DNA from: Edaphobacter aggregans
GTDB lineage: Bacteria; Acidobacteriota; Terriglobia; Terriglobales; Acidobacteriaceae
Reading direction: 5' to 3'
Length of the DNA stretch: 32,000 nucleotides
Assembly (NCBI RefSeq): GCF_003945235.1
Contig: NZ_RSDW01000001.1
Span: 2,700,001-2,732,000, forward strand
In this document: positions 1-7,490 of the stretch, piece after piece
How positions within the stretch are numbered: position 1 is the first letter of the stretch
Layout: every line of letters starts with the position of its first letter
The notes under the pieces: generated by a model
The model's input: only the letters and a program-made list of their open reading frames with translations
What the model was told of the DNA's origin: nothing
The model's database searches: none
Position numbers and translations under genes: made by a program

Positions 1-2114
1 GCAAACGCAACCGCACAACCACCATCTGACAAATCGCCAGCAGAAGCCAGCAGCCCCTTCTCCGCCAGCGCAACCAAAGCCTTATGCAGCGCCGCCTCTT
101 CCTGCAAATCCAGCACCGGAGGCGCGCCCCACAACTCGCCCAGAACGCTCTTCGCAAAATCCGTCGAACCCATATCCTGCTCCGCCTTCCGCCCAACTCC
201 ACGGAAAGCAGAAAGGAACAGAACAGCATCCCCAGCCTTGCGGAAGCTCGCCGGAACGCTCTTCGTTACATCGTCGATAATGCCAACGATCCCCAGCACT
301 GGAGTCGGATAAATCCCAACACCCTTCGTCTCGTTGTACAGCGAGACATTCCCACCCGTAACTGGAGTCCCCAGCGCCACACAAGCCTCAGCGATCCCAT
401 CAATCGCGTTCGACAGCTGAGCCATAATCTCCGGCTTCTCTGGATTCCCGAAGTTCAAACAGTTCGTCGCCGCCACCGGAGTCGCACCCGTACAAGCCAC
501 CTTACGCGCAGCCTCTGCAACAGCATGCATCGCCCCTAGCTTCGGATCGAGATACGTCCACCGCCCATTGCCTGCCAAGGCCATCGCAATCCCACGATCT
601 CCCTTTGCGGGCCGTTCCGCGTGAAGCGCAGCTACTCCCTCCGGAGTCGACGCCGCAACAAGCTCCGCGACGCCTTGCTTCGTCGCAACAACAGGAGCTC
701 CACCCGTACCCTTGATCCGCATCACGCCAGCCTCACCGCCAGGCCCTTGAACCGTATTCGTCTGCACCATCGAGTCATACTGCTCATACACCCAGTGCTT
801 CGACGAGATGTTCGCACTAGCCAACAGCGTCTTCAAATCGCCCGCATAATCTCGCGGCTGCTTCAGCAACTCAACCACATGCGCAGGCGGATCGACCGGC
901 ACCGGAGCCTTCCAATCGCCAACAGGCCGGTGATACACCGGAGCATCATCAGTCAGACTCTGATTCGGAATATCCGCAACGAGCACACCGCGCTGCGTGA
1001 TCCTCATCCTCGGCTCGGCAGTCACCTCACCCACAATCGAAGCATCCAGCCCCCACTTCGAGAAGACATCCAACACCTCGACAGCGCGGTCCTTGTCAGC
1101 CACCAGAAGCATCCGCTCCTGCGACTCCGACAGCATAATCTCGTAGCTCGTCATGCCCGTCTCGCGCTGCGGCACGCGATCCAACTCCACCGTCAACCCA
1201 AGGCCGCCACGAGCGCCCATCTCACACGTCGAGCACGTCAGCCCAGCTGCGCCCATATCCTGAATCCCCAGCACAGCCCCAGTCGCCATCGCCTCAAGGC
1301 AAGCCTCAAGCAGCAGCTTCTCCATAAACGGATCGCCCATCTGCACATTCGGCCGCTTCTGCTCTGAACCTTCGGTGAACTCCTCCGACGCCATCGTAGC
1401 GCCGTGAATTCCATCACGCCCAGTCTTCGCGCCAACGTAGATCACCGGATTCCCAACCCCAACAGCCTTGGCATAGAAGATCTCATCGATCTTCACCAAA
1501 CCCAGCGCAAACGCATTCAGCAGCGGATTCCCCGAGTAGCAGGTCTCGAACCGCGTCTCGCCACCGAGATTCGGTACGCCGAAGCAGTTGCCATACCCAG
1601 CGACTCCATGCACCACGCCAGTCGCAATCTGGTGATTCTTGCGCCGAAGCGCTTCATCCGGTTCGGCTTCATCCAGCGGGCCAAAGCGCAGCGAATCCAT
1701 GACAGCAAACGGACGAGCATTCATCGTAAAAATGTCGCGCAGAATCCCGCCTACGCCCGTCGCCGCGCCTTGATACGGCTCAATGTAACTCGGATGGTTG
1801 TGCGACTCGATCTTGAACGCGCACGCCCAGCCATCGCCCACGTCGATAATGCCCGCGTTCTCGCCCGGTCCCTGCACCACACGGTCGGACTTGGTCGGCA
1901 GACGCTTCAGATGCACACGCGACGACTTGTAAGAGCAATGCTCCGACCACATGACAGAGAAGATGCCCAGCTCCGTCAGCGATGGCACGCGTCCTAACGC
2001 TGCTTCAATGCGCGCATACTCGTCGGTGGTGATGCTGTGCTGCTTGAGCAGCTCCGGTGTGATGGTGGCTGGAGAGGGGGTTGCGGTGGGTTGCTGGGCT
2101 TGCTGATTTGGCAT
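1..2114 (-). CDS. purL: Phosphoribosylformylglycinamidine synthase subunit PurL (FGAM synthase II); C-terminus runs off the left window edge
   Basis: Missing from the ORF track because its stop lies beyond position 1. Reverse-strand reading from the ATG (complement of 2112-2114) is open to the edge: MPNQQAQQ...[56 protein letters not shown]...[28 protein letters not shown]...[26 protein letters not shown]...[14 protein letters not shown]. These are hallmark PurL motifs. The + strand ORFs 621-1367 and 1404-1997 are Arg/His-rich antisense shadows. Confidence 0.9.
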   Translation of the reverse strand, partial: MPNQQAQQPTATPSPATITPELLKQHSITTDEYARIEAALGRVPSLTELGIFSVMWSEHCSYKSSRVHLKRLPTKSDRVVQGPGENAGIIDVGDGWACAFKIESHNHPSYIEPYQGAATGVGGILRDIFTMNARPFAVMDSLRFGPLDEAEPDEALRRKNHQIATGVVHGVAGYGNCFGVPNLGGETRFETCYSGNPLLNAFALGLVKIDEIFYAKAVGVGNPVIYVGAKTGRDGIHGATMASEEFTEGSEQKRPNVQMGDPFMEKLLLEACLEAMATGAVLGIQDMGAAGLTCSTCEMGARGGLGLTVELDRVPQRETGMTSYEIMLSESQERMLLVADKDRAVEVLDVFSKWGLDASIVGEVTAEPRMRITQRGVLVADIPNQSLTDDAPVYHRPVGDWKAPVPVDPPAHVVELLKQPRDYAGDLKTLLASANISSKHWVYEQYDSMVQTNTVQGPGGEAGVMRIKGTGGAPVVATKQGVAELVAASTPEGVAALHAERPAKGDRGIAMALAGNGRWTYLDPKLGAMHAVAEAARKVACTGATPVAATNCLNFGNPEKPEIMAQLSNAIDGIAEACVALGTPVTGGNVSLYNETKGVGIYPTPVLGIVGIIDDVTKSVPASFRKAGDAVLFLSAFRGVGRKAEQDMGSTDFAKSVLGELWGAPPVLDLQEEAALHKALVALAEKGLLASAGDLSDGGCAVAF

Positions 2115-2177
2115 GGCTCGCTACTATGATTGTCGCACGCATCGACCCGTCGGCGCTTGCCGCTGCTTTTCTCGTTT

Positions 2178-2213
2178 GTCATCCCGGAGCGATCTGCTTT
2201 TGCCACCGCAACC
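2178..2213 (+). repeat. Dispersed intergenic repeat, module 1 (GTCATCCCGGAGCGATCTGCTTTTGCCACCGCAACC)
   Basis: Related copy on the opposite strand at 22161-22199 (GTCATCCCGAAGGGAATCTGCTTCTGTCTTTGCTGCTGC). Both lie in intergenic DNA next to a module-2 copy. Confidence 0.65.
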
Positions 2214-2239
2214 ACAGTCTGACCATTCACAAAAAATCG

Positions 2240-2290
2240 GTCATCCTGAGCGAAGGCGGCGCTTTTGCCGCCGCAGTCGAAGGACCCCGA
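2240..2290 (+). repeat. Dispersed intergenic repeat, module 2 (GTCATCCTGAGCG - GC hairpin - AGTCGAAGGACCCCGA)
   Basis: The flanks GTCATCCTGAGCG and CAGTCGAAGGACCCCGA are identical to the copy at 4373-4428. The internal hairpin is GGCGGC-gctttt-GCCGCC (2255-2272). A third copy lies reversed at 22214-22272. Confidence 0.7.
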
Positions 2291-2428
2291 AGCCCTATCC
2301 CCACCCATACCGCCAGACCCTTTCCCCCACTGCACCCCATCGCAGCGAACATCTTAAGCGGAGACGCCTGCCGCAGCCGAAGAACAGTCGTCCTCCAGCA
2401 ACGAAGAACAGCAAAGAGGAACCCCCAT

Positions 2429-2872
2429 CTAGTTGCCCGTGCTCCCAAAACCGCCAGCCCCCCGCGGAGCTTCCGCTAACTCCGCAACCTCTTCAAACTC
2501 AGCCTCAATTCGCTGGACGATCCGAAGCTGAGCCACGCGATCCCCGGCCTTGATCTCTACAGAAACCGGGCTCAGGTTCGTCACAACCACCTTGATCTCG
2601 CCGCGATAGCCCGGATCGATCACTCCCGCGAGTGTGGTCAAACCACGGATGGCTAGTCCTGAACGATCTTCGACCAGCGCTCCGTGCGTCGATGGGAACT
2701 CCAATGCAATTCCGGTCGAAACACCGATCGTCGCGGCAGGCGCCAGAGTGACGCCCTCGGCGGCGTACAAGTCTGCGGCCAGATCGCCGAACGGGCCGGT
2801 GTGAGCGTATCGAGGCAATTGAGCTTCCTCACGCAGTTTCATAGCCTTGATTCGCACTAATCCCAAACTCAT
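2429..2872 (-). CDS. dut: dUTP diphosphatase (dUTPase)
   Basis: 147-aa ORF carrying AGVIDPGYRGEIKVVV and the C-terminal RGAGGFGSTGN motif typical of trimeric dUTPases. The N-terminal LVRIKAMKL...LPRYAHTG resembles the first strand of Dut. An alternative ATG lies at 2842. Confidence 0.9.
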   Translation of the reverse strand: MSLGLVRIKAMKLREEAQLPRYAHTGPFGDLAADLYAAEGVTLAPAATIGVSTGIALEFPSTHGALVEDRSGLAIRGLTTLAGVIDPGYRGEIKVVVTNLSPVSVEIKAGDRVAQLRIVQRIEAEFEEVAELAEAPRGAGGFGSTGN

Positions 2873-2975
2873 CCTTCACCATTCCTTCAGTAATTTTTTC
2901 GATCGGTTCTTTCATTGTCGCAAACCATTCTGCTTTCAGGCGAATTGGCATGGCTGCCGCTAGAATGAATCTACG

Positions 2976-4310
2976 ATGTGGTCACGGCTGTGGCGTTGGA
3001 TGAACGCCGATAATACTCTGAACGACGATGGCGTAAGCGCTCCGTGGCGGCTCTTCTGGGTCGCTTTTCTGATTCGACTTCTCTACATGACCCTCTCGCA
3101 CGCCTATCGAATCCGGTCCGTCGAGGATCACTTCCAGTTCGCGTGGGAAGCCGGACGCATCGGCAAATCGCTCGCCACCGGCTACGGCTACGGCAGTCCC
3201 TTCGCGATCGAGACCTTTGGCCACACCGGACCTACCGCCTGGCTTCCGCCGATGTATCCGTTGCTGATCGCAGCGGTATTCAAGGTCTTTGGCGTTTATA
3301 CGGCTGCTTCCGCCTGGGTGCTGCTGGCGATCAACTGCGTCTTCTCGGCGGCCACCGCGCTGGCTACGTGGGAGATTGCAGCACGCTGCTTCAACCGGCG
3401 CGTTGCCGTCTGGTCCGGCTGGTTGTGGGCGCTGCATCCGGCGGCGATGCAATACTCTGTGCGCTGGCTTTGGGAGATGTCCATCAGCACCGCGCTCTTC
3501 GCCTGGGTCATTGTGCTGGCGCTCAGAATGCGAGGCGTTGGTTCGGACGCCAAGGACAACTCCGAAGCTTCATCGCGGCAGACGAGACGCTGGTTGCTCT
3601 TCGGATGTTTGTGGGGAGTAATTGCTCTCTCTACATCGACGCTGGCAATGTTTCTCCCGGCCTGCGGATTGTGGGTGCTCATCGGTACCTGGAAGCGGCC
3701 TCATGCCTTGCGAGATGCGGCGCTGGCAGGAGTTGTCTTTATCGCTGCTCTTACTCCATGGATGCTGCGAAATTGGGAGGTCTTTCACGCATTCATCCCG
3801 ATTCGCGGCAATCTTGGCGTCGAAACCTTCCTGGGCAATGGGCCCGGATCGAATGGGTTTGTGATGACCTTCGATCATCCGAACATGGCTCCCGAGCAGC
3901 TTCGGCAGTACGCCGAGATGGGCGAGGTGCGATACGTTGCCATGCGCGGCGCGATGGCCAGGGACTACATCCACGCGCATCGACGCCATTTTTTAGCAAT
4001 CAGCCTGAAGCGCGCCTACTTCTTTTGGGTGGGGACACCCTCGGACGTGGCCTGGGCGCTCGAGATTCCTCGCATGCTTAATTACAGCTTTATCAGTCTC
4101 GCCGGGCTGATGGGACTGGCGCTCGCACTCAAGCGCCGTGTCGTCGGCTCGGGACTCTTCTTCTGGGCTTTGCTGCTGGTGCCGATTCCCTACTACATGG
4201 TCATGGCTCTCCCTCGATTCCGCCATCCGCTGGAACCGCTCCTGACCGTGCTGGGCGTGTATCTCTTCCAATCAGCCACGCCACGAAGCCATCGAGAAAC
4301 ATCAGCCTGA
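2976..4310 (+). CDS. Polytopic membrane protein, probable GT-C fold (ArnT/PMT, family-39-like) glycosyltransferase
   Basis: 444-aa ORF with many hydrophobic segments. The N-terminal loop FQFAWEAGRIGKSLATGYGYGSPF...GPTAWLPPMYPLLIAAVFKVFG resembles ArnT/PMT_2-type proteins. The family call is pattern recollection only. The overlapping frames 3044-4081 and 2982-3452 are low-complexity shadows. Confidence 0.55.
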   Translation: MWSRLWRWMNADNTLNDDGVSAPWRLFWVAFLIRLLYMTLSHAYRIRSVEDHFQFAWEAGRIGKSLATGYGYGSPFAIETFGHTGPTAWLPPMYPLLIAAVFKVFGVYTAASAWVLLAINCVFSAATALATWEIAARCFNRRVAVWSGWLWALHPAAMQYSVRWLWEMSISTALFAWVIVLALRMRGVGSDAKDNSEASSRQTRRWLLFGCLWGVIALSTSTLAMFLPACGLWVLIGTWKRPHALRDAALAGVVFIAALTPWMLRNWEVFHAFIPIRGNLGVETFLGNGPGSNGFVMTFDHPNMAPEQLRQYAEMGEVRYVAMRGAMARDYIHAHRRHFLAISLKRAYFFWVGTPSDVAWALEIPRMLNYSFISLAGLMGLALALKRRVVGSGLFFWALLLVPIPYYMVMALPRFRHPLEPLLTVLGVYLFQSATPRSHRETSA

Positions 4311-4372
4311 GCCCGCGAGGGGAAGAAGCCCTGCAATGATGATTAAGTTTGCTCAGGCCCTCTCCCCAAAGC

Positions 4373-4428
4373 GTCATCCTGAGCGGAGACGCGCGCCTTT
4401 GCGCGTCGCAGTCGAAGGACCCCGAGGG
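4373..4428 (+). repeat. Dispersed intergenic repeat, module 2 copy
   Basis: GTCATCCTGAGCG-gagacgcgcgcctttgcgcgtcg-CAGTCGAAGGACCCCGAGGG. The flanks match 2240-2290. The core differs but still forms the hairpin GACGCGC-gccttt-GCGCGTC (4388-4407). Confidence 0.7.
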
Positions 4429-4756
4429 ATTACACTCACCCCAGCTCTTCAAACCTTTCAACCACAACCGCCCAGGACCTCACCCACTCCACCACGCTCG
4501 GTCCAGTCGAAAGATAGGCCTTCGGTCCATTTCCTCTGGCTGCCAAAATTCGAACCGACAACCCACTCTCACTCGAAACACTTTTCCACAGAAATATTTA
4601 AAAAAACGTGGCATGTTTTTCGACCTCAGAAAAGTGCCGCCGCTAACCACACTTACCCAGCATTCCACCGCTAAGCCACCACAAATTACCACCACTTACA
4701 CGCATCCTTCTCTGAAAACCCCTGAAAAACAAGCATTTCGCAAGGCGAAACCCACA

Positions 4757-4815
4757 CAAAAAAACCAGCAAAAAAATCGAAAACAAAAACAGAAAAGCCC
4801 TGCCAAGGCAGGGCT
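4757..4815 (-). terminator. Intrinsic terminator of the rplU-rpmA operon
   Basis: On the reverse strand, AGCCCTGC-cttg-GCAGGGCT (8-bp stem, 4796-4815) lies 20 nt after the rpmA stop. It is followed by TTTCTGTTTTTGTTTTCGATTTTTTTGCTGGTTTTTTT. Confidence 0.75.
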
Positions 4816-4835
4816 CCTACGCGGTACAGAGAACT

Positions 4836-5096
4836 TTATGCTTCGACGGGGTCGACGTTGACGAAGCGGCCATGCTGGCCACGGTCCTGGAAGCGAACCT
4901 TGCCGTCGATCTTCGCGAAGAGGGTGTCGTCCGAGCCACGGCCAACATTGGCGCCGGGCTTGAGCGGTGTACCGCGCTGACGAACGATGATGCCGCCGCC
5001 GAGGATCGTCTGGCCACCGAAGACCTTGACGCCGAGCCGCTGTGCGTTTGAGTCGCGGCCGTTTTTAGAAGAACCTAAACCTTTTTTATGTGCCAT
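4836..5096 (-). CDS. rpmA: 50S ribosomal protein L27
   Basis: [29 protein letters not shown]... is the canonical L27 N-terminus; 86 aa. Confidence 0.95.
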   Translation of the reverse strand: MAHKKGLGSSKNGRDSNAQRLGVKVFGGQTILGGGIIVRQRGTPLKPGANVGRGSDDTLFAKIDGKVRFQDRGQHGRFVNVDPVEA

Positions 5097-5151
5097 TCCG
5101 TTGCCTCTTTCGCGCCGCCATCAGGCTTTTAGCGCTTTGAAAATAAAGTCT

Positions 5152-5475
5152 TTATGCCTTGAAGCTCTTACCGTTGACCACGATCTCGTTGATCTTGATC
5201 TCAACGAAGTTCTGACGGTGGCCCTGCATTTTCTTGTACTGCTTCTTACGCTTCAGCTTGAAGACGAGGATCTTGTCGCCGCGCCCTTCGCCTACGACGG
5301 AACCGGTCACCTTGGCGCCGGTGAGGTCCGACTCGAACTTGCCCTCTTCGCTGCTGACGGCGAGGACGTCGGAGAACTCGACTGCGCCGTCCTGGTGAGC
5401 AGTGGTCTCAATCTTCAACTGTTCGCCTGGGGAGACCAGGTACTGTTTGCCGCCGGTGCGGATGACTGCGTACAT
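5152..5475 (-). CDS. rplU: 50S ribosomal protein L21
   Basis: MYAVIRTGGKQYLVSPGEQLKIE... is the canonical L21 sequence. It sits directly upstream of rpmA on the same strand. Confidence 0.95.
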   Translation of the reverse strand: MYAVIRTGGKQYLVSPGEQLKIETTAHQDGAVEFSDVLAVSSEEGKFESDLTGAKVTGSVVGEGRGDKILVFKLKRKKQYKKMQGHRQNFVEIKINEIVVNGKSFKA

Positions 5476-5647
5476 AACGAAAACCTCAAGCGTGGCGCTG
5501 TGGTGCGCTGACCGCTTCCTTCATGAATTGTGCTGCATGGGGCGCATACAGGAGCACTGCGTCAGGTCAACTGGGCTGATCCGAAACCGGCTTGTGCCTG
5601 TCAGTCCCTGACGTTGAGACGAACGGGCTGTAGCGCCAAACTTAATG

Positions 5648-5677
5648 AGTGTACCGTGTTTTGTCCTCGCGGGTCAA
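5648..5677 (-). promoter_or_regulatory. Candidate sigma-70-type promoter for rplU-rpmA
   Basis: Reverse strand: TTGACC (5672-5677), an 18-nt spacer, then TACACT (5648-5653). This predicts a ~165-nt leader before the rplU ATG. Confidence 0.4.
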
Positions 5678-5744
5678 CGATACCGTCGCGTCTGCCAGGG
5701 GTAGATTTACAAGTCTCTTTTTAAGAGCCAGATATAGCGAATAG

Positions 5745-5784
5745 GGCTCTCCCCACTCACATCGTAATGTGAGCGAGGAGAGCC
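5745..5784 (-). terminator. Long stem-loop after the zinc-ribbon gene (terminator-like, no U tract)
   Basis: GGCTCTCC/GGAGAGCC (8 bp) plus CTCACAT/ATGTGAG (7 bp) around a 4-nt loop, about 12 nt downstream of the stop at 5796. The lack of a U-run lowers confidence. Confidence 0.4.
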
Positions 5785-5795
5785 GAAACGAAACG

Positions 5796-6197
5796 CTAGG
5801 CCTGTGGGGCCTGAGCGGCAGCGGCGATCAGTTCCGAACTGACCGGGGCTCGATCCGCGGCGACCAGTTCAGCAGTTGCTGCAGCCACAGCCGGAGCACG
5901 TTTGCTCTGGAAGCACTGGCGGCAGAGGACAGGTCGTCCCTGTGTGGGCTTGAAGGGTACGGTAGTCTCGATTCCGCACTCAGAGCAGTGGGTGCGCGTC
6001 TCAGTACGGGAGAGGCCAGCTGCAGCCGGACCCGCACCAGGACGCAGACTTGCACCGGCGCGTTTGGACTTGCACGGTTTGCATCGCTTGGGATCGTTCT
6101 TGAATTGTTTATCGAAGAAAAAGAGTTGTTCGCCGGCAGTGAAGATAAACTCTCCACCGCAATCTGCACAGGTTAATAGCCTATCCACAAATTCCAT
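5796..6197 (-). CDS. Double zinc-ribbon protein (N-terminal CxxC...CxxC ribbon plus CxxC-x17-CxxC domain)
   Basis: CADCGGEFIFTAGEQLFFFDKQFKNDPKRCKPC and CSECGIETTVPFKPTQGRPVLCRQC, the latter with exactly 17 residues between the CxxC pairs. The ATG at 6197 is preceded by GGGAGAAG. The track start at 6269 is a TTG that adds 24 unconvincing residues. Confidence 0.75.
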   Translation of the reverse strand: MEFVDRLLTCADCGGEFIFTAGEQLFFFDKQFKNDPKRCKPCKSKRAGASLRPGAGPAAAGLSRTETRTHCSECGIETTVPFKPTQGRPVLCRQCFQSKRAPAVAAATAELVAADRAPVSSELIAAAAQAPQA

Positions 6198-6474
6198 AGC
6201 CGCTTCTCCCGTTGTGCGGGGCTGACTATCGGTGAACCTGGATCTGAGCTGGGTTTCGCCGAGAGACAACCTTGCTGGTCGTTACTGCGGAGCTACAGGG
6301 GGCCCGGGGTCGCAAATGTTGCGAAAACAAGAACCACAGGTTAGCCGTACAGTCGGGCCGGTCGTCAGGTCTACTGCCGGGGCCAGTCGCGTGGCGGGAG
6401 TCCATGCGCTGGCGGATTGAGGCGGCCGCCCCTCATACGAAATAGGAGACGGCCTGCCATAGTTCAAGGAACCG

Positions 6475-6672
6475 TTAGTCCTGTTCCTTGCGTACCTTCT
6501 TGCGATTGCGCTTACGAGCGAGCGCTTCTTTCACGCGCTTCTTCTCACCTGGCTTCAGGTAAAAAGAGTGGCGCTTAACTTCCTTGATAATGTCTTCGGT
6601 CTGCACCTTGCGCTTAAAGCGCCGCAGGGCATTCTCAAGGGGTTCGCCTTCTTGAACTCGAACCTCTGCCAC
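6475..6672 (-). CDS. rpsU: 30S ribosomal protein S21
   Basis: A GTG at 6672 is preceded by GGAGGTG. The product (M)AEVRVQEGEPLENALRRFKRKVQTEDIIKEVKRHSFYLKPGEKKRVKEALARKRNRKK matches S21. The 91-aa track version adds an implausible N-terminal extension. Confidence 0.9.
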   Translation of the reverse strand: MAEVRVQEGEPLENALRRFKRKVQTEDIIKEVKRHSFYLKPGEKKRVKEALARKRNRKKVRKEQD

Positions 6673-6873
6673 GGAAAAACACCTCCAACCACTCCCTAAT
6701 CGGGATAAATATAAGAATACGCTCGATTGTGGAAAAAAAGAAATGGACAATTAGTAATCTAGAGCGATTTTTAACAGTCTGGAACCTCAGTTGCGTACAT
6801 TTTGCGGCCGAATGTGCGCGGTTTTGAGGATGGATGGGGGAGGATGCAAGGCTCCGGGGGTAAAATCGGCTGC

Positions 6874-7395
6874 ATGATTCGGAGTTATCAGGGTGTTACG
6901 CCGGTGGTACCGACGAGCTGCTATGTGGATACCTCAGCGCAGGTGATCGGGGATGTGATTCTGGGCGAACAGGCCAGCGTGTGGATGAACGCGGTGATCC
7001 GGGGCGATGTTAACGCGATCCGGATTGGCGCGCGGAGCAATGTGCAGGACTGCGCGGTGCTGCATGGAATGCGGTATTTGTATCCAGTGATTGTGGGCGA
7101 GATGGTGACGATTGGCCATAATGCCACGGTGCATGGGTGCGTGCTGGAGGATGCCGTGCTGGTGGGAATTGGTGCGACGATCCTGAACAATGCGCGAATC
7201 GGCGAGGGGTCAATTATTGCCGCAGGGGCTGTGATTCCGGAGCAGACGGTGATTCCACCGAACTCGCTGGTGGCGGGAGTTCCCGGGAAGGTGAAGAAGA
7301 CGCTGGGGGATGAGGATCGGAAGATGATCCTGATGTATGCCCAGAATTATCTCGATTACACGGCGATCTATTTGAAAGAGCTTGAACGTAAATGA
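6874..7395 (+). CDS. Gamma-class carbonic anhydrase family / left-handed beta-helix (hexapeptide repeat) protein, YrdA/PaaY-like
   Basis: MIRSYQGVTPVVPTSCYVDTSAQVIGDVILGEQASVWMNAVIRGDVNAIRIGARSNVQDCAVLHG...IGHNATVHGC shows the typical gamma-CA-like pattern. I prefer the ATG at 6874 over the track start at 6802. Confidence 0.85.
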   Translation: MIRSYQGVTPVVPTSCYVDTSAQVIGDVILGEQASVWMNAVIRGDVNAIRIGARSNVQDCAVLHGMRYLYPVIVGEMVTIGHNATVHGCVLEDAVLVGIGATILNNARIGEGSIIAAGAVIPEQTVIPPNSLVAGVPGKVKKTLGDEDRKMILMYAQNYLDYTAIYLKELERK

Positions 7396-7490
7396 TTTGA
7401 GGCACTTACCCAATCAGATGCTCCGCCGAGACTCGTAACTGAACGATTTTTCGAATGGCATCTCGATTCAATGTGCTGTAAACGTACGTT

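Noticed and set aside
621-1997. Long + strand ORFs (621-1367, 1404-1997) across the left end of the window
   Set aside because: Their composition is Arg/His/Leu-rich and low in complexity, typical of the antisense frame of a GC-rich gene. The opposite strand encodes an unmistakable PurL.
3044-4081. 345-aa alternative-frame ORF inside the membrane glycosyltransferase-like gene, plus same-type alternative frames 15450-16184 and 16609-17256
   Set aside because: These are Arg/Gly/Ser/Pro-rich low-complexity translations. The chosen frames give coherent TM helices or peptidase motifs.
4540-4560. GGTTCGAAT (reverse strand) resembling a tRNA T-loop
   Set aside because: The flanking bases cannot form a T-stem (GTCGG against TTTGG), and no acceptor or anticodon arms can be built.
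6198-6474. Possible SRP, 6S, tmRNA or RNase P gene in the rpsU-proximal spacer
   Set aside because: I could not find the diagnostic motifs on either strand: the SRP GGAA/GNAR helix-8 pattern, the tmRNA tRNA-like ends or tag ORF, or the RNase P GAGGAAAGUCC motif. It is kept only as a low-interest structured spacer.
7481-7490. Perfect 10-bp palindrome AACGTACGTT abutting the ATG of the pseudogene
   Set aside because: It is a short single occurrence next to a decayed gene, with nothing to support a regulatory role.
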